Shown piece after piece: positions 26,165 to 32,000 of a DNA stretch of 32,000 bases (positions within the stretch are counted from its first letter, which is position 1; each line of letters opens with the position of its first letter). This stretch comes from Alkalilimnicola ehrlichii MLHE-1 (GTDB lineage: Bacteria > Pseudomonadota > Gammaproteobacteria > Nitrococcales > Halorhodospiraceae), in contig NC_008340.1 of the NCBI RefSeq assembly GCF_000014785.1, forward strand, positions 450,001-482,000. The letters are read 5' to 3'. The position numbers and the translations under genes were made by a program. The notes under the pieces were generated by a model. That model had not been told where the DNA came from. It saw only the letters and a program-made list of their open reading frames with translations, and ran no database searches.

Positions 26165-28429
26165 ATGCTCGAGGTTCTGCACCGCATTTCACGCGAGGTC
26201 AACGCCGCACCCGGGCTGCGCCAGGCTCTGAGCATCATCGTCAAGCGGGTCGCTGACGCCATGAAGGTGGACGTCTGCTCGGTCTACCTGATGGACCCGG
26301 AGACCGAGCGCCTGGTGTTGATGGACACCCGTGGCCTCAATCCCGATGCGGTTGGCCGGGTACGGCTGCGCCTCTCCGAAGGGCTGGTGGGCATGGTGGC
26401 CGAGCGCGGCGAGCCGATCAATCTGGACAACGCTTACGACCACCCCCGCTTCCGCTATTTCCCCGAGACCGGGGAGGAGCTGTTTCACTCCTTTCTCGGC
26501 GTGCCCATCGTCCACTACCGCAAGCTGCTGGGCGTACTGGTGGTGCAGCAGATGGCGGAGCGCCGTTTCGACGAGGATGACGTTGCCTTTCTGGTGACGC
26601 TGGGTGCCCAGCTGGCCGGCGCCATCGCCCACGCCGAGGCCAGCGGTGGCCTGGACGGGTTGCGTGACGGGGACGTGGCGCAGGGGCGCATGCTCCAGGG
26701 CCTGCCCGCTGCACCGGGCGTCGCCATGGGGACCGCGGTGGTGCACTCGGCCCAGGTGGACCTGGAGTCGGTGCCGGACCGCGACCCGGAGGACATCGAG
26801 GAGGAAAAGCGCCAGTTCATGGTCGCGGTGCGGGCGGTCCGTGAGGAGCTGGGGCGCCTTTCCAAAGAGTTGGAGGGCACCCTGTCCTCCGACGAGCACA
26901 TGCTGTTCGATGTCTACTTGCGCATGCTCGACGACGACAGTCTGGTCGGGGAAACGCTCCGGGCCATCGAGGCGGGTAACTGGGCGCCCGGTGCCCTGCG
27001 CGAGATTATCGGCGGCCATGTGCAGGTCTTTCAGGACATGGAGGACCCCTACCTGCGGGAACGCGCCAGCGACATCCGCGACCTGGGCAGCCGCATCCTG
27101 GCGCGCCTGCGGGAGGACACCCGCCGGAGCCGGCCCTTGCCCGAGCGGGTGATCCTGGTGGGCAAGGAGGTGAGCGCGACCCAGTTGGCCGAGGTGCCGC
27201 AGGATCACCTCGCGGGGGTGGTCTCCGCCTCCGGCACCCGCAACTCCCATGTGGCGATCCTGGCCCGGGCGCTGAGTGTGCCGGCGATTATGGGGGCCTC
27301 CGACCTGAGTACCGGGCGTTTGGATGGCAAGCCGGTGATCGTCGACGGCTATTCCGGGCGTTTCTACGTCCAGCCCAGCGATGCGGTGCGCGAGGAGTAC
27401 GAGCGTCTGGCCCGGGACGAGGCGGAGTTTGCCGATAGCCTGGAAAGCCTCAAGGATGAGCCGGCGGAGACGCCGGACGGGTATCGCATCAAGCTGCTGG
27501 CCAATACCGGGCTGATCTCGGACATTAACCTGTCGCTGGCCAGCGGTTGTGACGGCATCGGCCTGCACCGCACCGAGTTCCCCTTCATCGTGCGCGACCG
27601 CTTCCCCGGTGAAGAGGAGCAGGCCATGCTCTATCGCCGGGTGTTGGAGTATTTCCGCCCACGCCCGGTGGTGTTGCGGACGCTGGATATCGGCGGTGAC
27701 AAGTCCCTGCCCTATTTCCCGGTCCATGAGGAGAACCCCTTCCTGGGCTGGCGGGGCATCCGGCTCACCCTCGACCACCCGGAGATCTTCCTCACCCAGC
27801 TTCGGGCGATGGTGCGGGCCAACATCGGCAACGGCAATCTGCGGGTCATGTTCCCCATGATCAGCCGTCTGCACGAGGTGGATGAGGCCAAGGCGCTGCT
27901 CGCCCGCGCGGTGGAGGAGCTGCGCGAGGAGGGCATGGAGGTGGAGATGCCCCCGGTGGGCGTCATGGTGGAGGTGCCTGCCGCCGTTGCCATGGCCGAC
28001 AAGCTGGCCCAGCGGGTGGCCTTCCTGTCCGTGGGCACCAATGACCTCACCCAGTACCTGCTGGCGGTGGATCGCAACAATGCCCGGGTGGCGGCGCTTT
28101 ACGACGAGCTGCACCCGGCGGTCCTCAACGCCATTGCCCAGGTGGTGGACTCAGGCCGGCAGTATCGCTGTCCGGTCAGTGTCTGTGGCGGTATGGCGGG
28201 TGATCCGGCCGGTGCCATCCTGCTCCTCGCTCTGGGCGTCAGCAGCCTGAGCATGAGCGTGGCCAGCCTGCTGCGCATCAAGTGGGTGGTGCGCAGTATC
28301 AGCCGGGAGAGGGCCACGGAGCTGCTTACCCTGGCGCTGGATATGGAATCACCCGATGACGTGCGGGCGATGCTGAAACGGGCCCTGGACGAGCAGGGGC
28401 TGGGTGGCCTGATCCGCGCCGGGAAGTGA
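26165..28429 (+). CDS. ptsP: phosphoenolpyruvate-protein phosphotransferase PtsP (EI-Ntr, GAF-containing)
   Basis: 754 aa. N-terminal GAF domain, phospho-histidine region GTRNSHVAILAR, and PEP-utilising C-terminal domain with SVGTNDLTQY. Confidence 0.92.
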   Translation: MLEVLHRISREVNAAPGLRQALSIIVKRVADAMKVDVCSVYLMDPETERLVLMDTRGLNPDAVGRVRLRLSEGLVGMVAERGEPINLDNAYDHPRFRYFPETGEELFHSFLGVPIVHYRKLLGVLVVQQMAERRFDEDDVAFLVTLGAQLAGAIAHAEASGGLDGLRDGDVAQGRMLQGLPAAPGVAMGTAVVHSAQVDLESVPDRDPEDIEEEKRQFMVAVRAVREELGRLSKELEGTLSSDEHMLFDVYLRMLDDDSLVGETLRAIEAGNWAPGALREIIGGHVQVFQDMEDPYLRERASDIRDLGSRILARLREDTRRSRPLPERVILVGKEVSATQLAEVPQDHLAGVVSASGTRNSHVAILARALSVPAIMGASDLSTGRLDGKPVIVDGYSGRFYVQPSDAVREEYERLARDEAEFADSLESLKDEPAETPDGYRIKLLANTGLISDINLSLASGCDGIGLHRTEFPFIVRDRFPGEEEQAMLYRRVLEYFRPRPVVLRTLDIGGDKSLPYFPVHEENPFLGWRGIRLTLDHPEIFLTQLRAMVRANIGNGNLRVMFPMISRLHEVDEAKALLARAVEELREEGMEVEMPPVGVMVEVPAAVAMADKLAQRVAFLSVGTNDLTQYLLAVDRNNARVAALYDELHPAVLNAIAQVVDSGRQYRCPVSVCGGMAGDPAGAILLLALGVSSLSMSVASLLRIKWVVRSISRERATELLTLALDMESPDDVRAMLKRALDEQGLGGLIRAGK

Positions 28430-28456
28430 GGGCGTACGAACGGGATCGTTTTGCAG

Positions 28457-28494
28457 TTGACAATAGCTCTCATTTGGGTCTAATTTTGGATCCA
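28457..28494 (+). promoter_or_regulatory. candidate sigma-70 promoter of bfd with a weak overlapping Fur-box-like sequence
   Basis: TTGACA (28457-28462), a 16-nt spacer, then TCTAAT (28479-28484). GACAATAGCTCTCATTTGG matches the 19-bp Fur consensus at only about 10 positions. The TGGATCCA palindrome lies at 28487-28494. Assignment is by eye only. Confidence 0.3.
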
Positions 28495-28508
28495 GACAGG
28501 AGGTGGCC

Positions 28509-28709
28509 ATGTACGTATGTCTCTGCAAAGCGATTACCGACCGCGACGTGCGCCAGGCACTGGATGAGGGCTGTTACTGTATGCGCGATCTCAAGGAGCG
28601 GCTGGGCGTTTGCAGCGCCTGTTGCAAATGCGCCCCGGCGGCCAAGGCGCTGCTCAATGAGTACATGGCCGATCCCAGCGTGGCGGCACTGGCCCGCAGA
28701 GTCGCCTGA
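28509..28709 (+). CDS. bfd: bacterioferritin-associated ferredoxin
   Basis: MYVCLCKAIT...CSACCKC gives the four-Cys [2Fe-2S] Bfd pattern. AGGAGG RBS before the ATG at 28509. Directly upstream of bfr. Confidence 0.85.
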   Translation: MYVCLCKAITDRDVRQALDEGCYCMRDLKERLGVCSACCKCAPAAKALLNEYMADPSVAALARRVA

Positions 28710-28817
28710 TACGCGCCCGAGCCGTTGCGTCCAGGGCGCACGGTGTTCGCCAGTGCGCCCCAGGCTGCTAGAATTTTGGATAACCCTATCCATTAGCACA
28801 CCGATAAGGAGCGCACC

Positions 28818-29282
28818 ATGCAGGGCGACAAGAAAGTCATCGAATACCTCAACCAGGCCCTCAAGCTCGAACTGACTGCGATCAACCAGTACTTCCTGCA
28901 CTCGCGCATCGCGGGTGACTGGGGCCTGACCAAGCTCGAGGAAAAGGAGTACGAAGAGTCCATCGACGAGATGAAGCACGCGGATGAGTTCATCCAGCGC
29001 ATCCTCTTCCTCGGCGGTATGCCCAACCTGCAGGACTATGGCCGGCTGCGCATCGGTGAGAACGTCCGCGAGATCCTGCAGGCGGACCTGGAGGGTGAGC
29101 ACGAGGGCCGCAAGCTCTACCAAGAGGCCGCGGGCTATTGTGATCAGGTGCAGGACTACGTCACCCGGGATCTGTTCAAGACGATCCTGGCGGACGAGGA
29201 AGGCCACATCGACTGGCTGGAGACCCAGCTCGACCTGATGGATCGGGTGGGCGAGCAGAATTACCAGCAATCGCTGATGTGA
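28818..29282 (+). CDS. bfr: bacterioferritin
   Basis: 154 aa and collinear with E. coli Bfr ([18 protein letters not shown] including the heme Met, [14 protein letters not shown]). Confidence 0.95.
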   Translation: MQGDKKVIEYLNQALKLELTAINQYFLHSRIAGDWGLTKLEEKEYEESIDEMKHADEFIQRILFLGGMPNLQDYGRLRIGENVREILQADLEGEHEGRKLYQEAAGYCDQVQDYVTRDLFKTILADEEGHIDWLETQLDLMDRVGEQNYQQSLM

Positions 29283-29333
29283 GTCGCCGCCGCGCCGGCA
29301 CCAGACGCCGGTGCCCCGGTCGTTGCAGAGACG

Positions 29334-29366
29334 AAAAAGGCCGGTCCCATGGGGGCCGGCCTTTTT
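29334..29366. terminator. bidirectional rho-independent terminator between bfr and hemJ
   Basis: AAAAA-GGCCGGTCCC-ATG-GGGGCCGGCC-TTTTT. The GC stem pairs at 9/10 positions and is flanked by an A5 and a T5 tract. It lies between convergent genes. Confidence 0.75.
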
Positions 29367-29396
29367 CGTGTGCGCTGGGTGCTGCCCTGAGGGCGG

Positions 29397-29825
29397 TCAG
29401 AAGGGTTTTACCACCGCCAGAACCACCACCGCGATCAGCACTAGGACCGGTAATTCGTTGAAGACGCGGTACCAGCGGTGGCTGCGAGTGTTGCGGTCGT
29501 CGCGAAACTGTTTCAACAGGTGGCCGCAGTAGACGTGGTAGCCGATGAGCAGGGCCACCAATACCAGCTTGGCGTGCATCCAGCCCTGGGACAGCCAGCC
29601 CGGGATCAGGATCAGCAGCCAGATCCCCAGCCCCACCGCCACGATGGCGCTGGGGGTCATGATGCCCCGGTAGAGCTTGCGCTCCATCACCTTGAAGCGC
29701 TCAATCCCGGTGCGGTCCTCGGCCATGGCGTGGTAGACGTAGAGCCGGGGCAGGTAGAACAGGGCGGCGAACCAGGTGACCACGGCGATGATGTGAAAGG
29801 CCTTCACCCACAGGTACATGATCAA
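29397..29825 (-). CDS. hemJ: protoporphyrinogen IX oxidase HemJ (UPF0093 family)
   Basis: 142 aa with four helices. The N-terminus LWVKAFHIIAVVTWFAALFYLPRLYVYH is characteristic of the HemJ family. Confidence 0.8.
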   Translation of the reverse strand: MIMYLWVKAFHIIAVVTWFAALFYLPRLYVYHAMAEDRTGIERFKVMERKLYRGIMTPSAIVAVGLGIWLLILIPGWLSQGWMHAKLVLVALLIGYHVYCGHLLKQFRDDRNTRSHRWYRVFNELPVLVLIAVVVLAVVKPF

Positions 29826-30331
29826 CCCCGCTCCAGCATGCGCTCGATCTGGCCACGAACCCGCTCCATGTCGAGCAGCCCCAGGCGTTGCCAGACCACC
29901 CGGCCGTCAGGGTCGATCAGATAGGAGGTGGGGGTGACGCGGACCTCGCCGAAGCCTTGGGAGACGCTGCGGTCCTGATCATGGGCGATGAGGTAGCTCA
30001 TCTCCCGGGCCTCCACCAGGGCCTTGATCAGCTCCGGGTCGTCGTAATGCATGGCTACGCCGATCACTTTCACCCCCCGCTCCGCCATGTCATCGTGGAG
30101 GGCCTGCAGATGGGGGATCTCGTCGATACAGGTGGGGCAGTCGGTGGCCCAGAAGGTCACCAGCACCGGCTGCCCGCGCAGCGTCTCCAGCGCCACGGTC
30201 TCGCCCTCCAGGGTGTTGAAGGTGACGTCCGGGCGCGATTTGCCCTCCCAGGGGGCGATGACCAGCAACGCCACCGCGACCAGGGCCACTGCGCCGGCCG
30301 CGACAGCCAGCATCTTTCGGGTGTTGCTCAT
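29822..30331 (-). CDS. TlpA-family thiol:disulfide oxidoreductase (redoxin)
   Basis: N-terminal membrane anchor and a thioredoxin fold with the CxxC motif WATDCPTC. The stop overlaps the hemJ start (ATGA). Confidence 0.8.
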   Translation of the reverse strand: MSNTRKMLAVAAGAVALVAVALLVIAPWEGKSRPDVTFNTLEGETVALETLRGQPVLVTFWATDCPTCIDEIPHLQALHDDMAERGVKVIGVAMHYDDPELIKALVEAREMSYLIAHDQDRSVSQGFGEVRVTPTSYLIDPDGRVVWQRLGLLDMERVRGQIERMLERG

Positions 30332-30398
30332 CGGAGACTCCGCCGGTTGGATGAACGGCCCCTAGTTTACCGGTGCCCGGCCCTTCGGGAAATCGGGC

Positions 30399-32000
30399 CT
30401 AGTGCAAATACTGATACTCCAGCTCCTGCCGGGTAACCACGCCGAGGTGGTGTTGGATACCGGGGGCCACGGTCTTGACCACGCACAGGGCCTCCGCCTC
30501 CCGCTCCTGGAACAGGGCCAGGGCCTCCCGCAGGCTGGCCCGGTACTCGATGCTGGCCGGCTCCAGCCGTTTGGCCGGAATGGCCAGCAGGTCCACCTCC
30601 GATTGCGGGTCCGTCTGCAGGTGGTGGAGGACATCAGCCACCGGCACCAGGGCCAGTGGCGCCTTGTCCGGGGTCTCGCCGAGCAGCAGAATCCAGCGGG
30701 GCTGCTGGTCCAGGGCCGCCTCCAGCGCGGTGCGGGAGACCTGGCGGGGAAGGGTGGTCAGGCGCCGGTCCATGATGCGGACGATGCCGAGCCGGCTGAG
30801 CTTCTGAAGCAGTGGATCGCTGCGGAAGTCGAGGCCCCGGCGTCGGAGCTGGTGCAGGTAGACTGAGTCCTTGCCGAACAGCTCGCCGGAACAGAGTACG
30901 GCGGTGGCGATGGTGAGCATGCCGGGCAGGATGATATTGGGGTTGGCGGTGAGCTCCAGCATGGCAGTCAGCGCCGCCAGGGGGGCGCGCAGCGTGGCCC
31001 CCATCATCGCACCCAGCCCGAGCATGACGTAGAGGCTGGGTTCTGACGCCATCTCGGGGAACAGCGCCTGCGCGGCTTGGCCCAGCAGTCCGCCCGCGGC
31101 CGCACCGATGACGACAGTGGGACCGATTAGGCCGCCGGGGATACCCAGGCCCACGGCCAGGGTGCTGGCCAAGAGCTTGGCCGCCACCAGCGCCACCAGG
31201 GTGATCGTGGCCACCTCGCCGAGCAGGATGAGGTTCACGGTCTCGTAGCCGACACCCATGACCTCGGGCAGGGCCAACCCGATCAGGCCCACGGCCAGGC
31301 CGGCCAGGGTGGTGCGCGCGGCCAGCGGCCAGCGGGTCAGGCTGTTGCTGAAGAACATCAGGCTTTGGATGAAGGCGGCCGCCAGGGTGCCGATGAGCAG
31401 GCCACAGACCAGTAGCCAGCCGAGCTCGCCGAGGCTTTCCAGGTGCACCGCCGGGACGGAGAAGGCCGGGGTGTTGCCATAAACCAGTTGGGTGACCACG
31501 GTGGCGGTCACCGCCGAGAGCATGACCGGAAGAAAGCCGCTGAGGGTGTATTCGAGCATCACCACCTCCATGGCGAAGATCACCCCCGCCAGCGGCGTGT
31601 TGAAGGTGGCGCCGATGGCGCCGGCCACCCCGCAGGCGACCAGCGTGCGCAGGCTGTTGTTGGGCAGGCCCAGCCGCTGCCCGAGCAGACTGCCGCTGGC
31701 GGCGCCGAGGTGGATGGCCGGCCCCTCGCGGCCCACGGAGTGGCCGCTGATCAACGCGGTGCTGGCCCCTACGAACTGGGCCGCGGCGTTGCGCCAGCTC
31801 ATGTAGCCCTGGTGATAACCGAGGCGCTCCATCACGTGGACCACCCCGGTGCCCCGGTGCTCGGGGCGCAGCCACTGCAGCATCAGCCCGATCAGGGCCC
31901 CACCGATCACCGGCAGCAGCACTCGCCAGTGCGCCGGCAACGCCCAGAATTGCTCGGGGCCCCCCAGCAGGCCGGTCTGGCTGCTCTCCACCACCCAGCG
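30399..32000 (-). CDS. ClC-family voltage-gated chloride channel with C-terminal CBS pair (N-terminus outside the window)
   Basis: ClC selectivity motifs GREGP and GIPGG(L)IGP, many TM helices, and a C-terminal CBS-like region. The frame stays open to the window edge, so the GTG at 31994 is probably not the true start. Confidence 0.85.
   Translation of the reverse strand, partial: RWVVESSQTGLLGGPEQFWALPAHWRVLLPVIGGALIGLMLQWLRPEHRGTGVVHVMERLGYHQGYMSWRNAAAQFVGASTALISGHSVGREGPAIHLGAASGSLLGQRLGLPNNSLRTLVACGVAGAIGATFNTPLAGVIFAMEVVMLEYTLSGFLPVMLSAVTATVVTQLVYGNTPAFSVPAVHLESLGELGWLLVCGLLIGTLAAAFIQSLMFFSNSLTRWPLAARTTLAGLAVGLIGLALPEVMGVGYETVNLILLGEVATITLVALVAAKLLASTLAVGLGIPGGLIGPTVVIGAAAGGLLGQAAQALFPEMASEPSLYVMLGLGAMMGATLRAPLAALTAMLELTANPNIILPGMLTIATAVLCSGELFGKDSVYLHQLRRRGLDFRSDPLLQKLSRLGIVRIMDRRLTTLPRQVSRTALEAALDQQPRWILLLGETPDKAPLALVPVADVLHHLQTDPQSEVDLLAIPAKRLEPASIEYRASLREALALFQEREAEALCVVKTVAPGIQHHLGVVTRQELEYQYLH

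Overview
This is a high-GC chromosomal segment whose gene order (maf-rng-yhdP-CN hydrolase-tldD-pmbA, rppH-ptsP, bfd-bfr) looks gammaproteobacterial. That taxonomic call is an inference from synteny. Almost all of the window is ordinary housekeeping coding sequence. In order, it contains:
- (holA 3' end)-proA-nadD-rsfS-rlmH
- a hemerythrin
- maf-rng-yhdP-nitrilase-family hydrolase-tldD-pmbA
- an HPF/RaiA-like protein, dadA, a TauE/SafE permease, a PQQ-dependent sugar dehydrogenase and ilvD
- a four-gene block: PduO-type cobalamin adenosyltransferase, SAM methyltransferase, DksA/TraR zinc-finger protein, macro-domain protein
- folA, lrgA/lrgB, a HAD-IB hydrolase, rppH-ptsP, bfd-bfr, hemJ, a TlpA-like redoxin and a partial ClC channel

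I found no tRNA or rRNA genes, CRISPR array, transposase, integrase or recognisable defence genes, and no convincing novel protein-coding system. The many long antisense ORFs are GC-driven artefacts.

The unexplained signal is in the intergenic DNA:
1. Two copies of a ~200-220 nt nested-hairpin element (12273-12475 and 17928-18148). They share a 127-nt core with three fully compensated base-pair substitutions. Each core is clamped by long arms (38 and 47 nt) that are near-perfect or perfect inverted repeats but differ in sequence between the copies. This is my best candidate for something undescribed: a structured RNA or DNA element.
2. Two REP/BIME-like arrays of alternating palindromic modules (20108-20380 and 22756-23149). 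They lie in mutually inverted orientation and exactly bracket the four-gene block.
3. A low-GC spacer (15590-15924) carrying a DnaA-box triad with DARS-like box orientation, plus extra DnaA-like boxes, GATC sites and an IHF-like site.

All functional readings of these three are hypotheses that need genome-wide and experimental checks.
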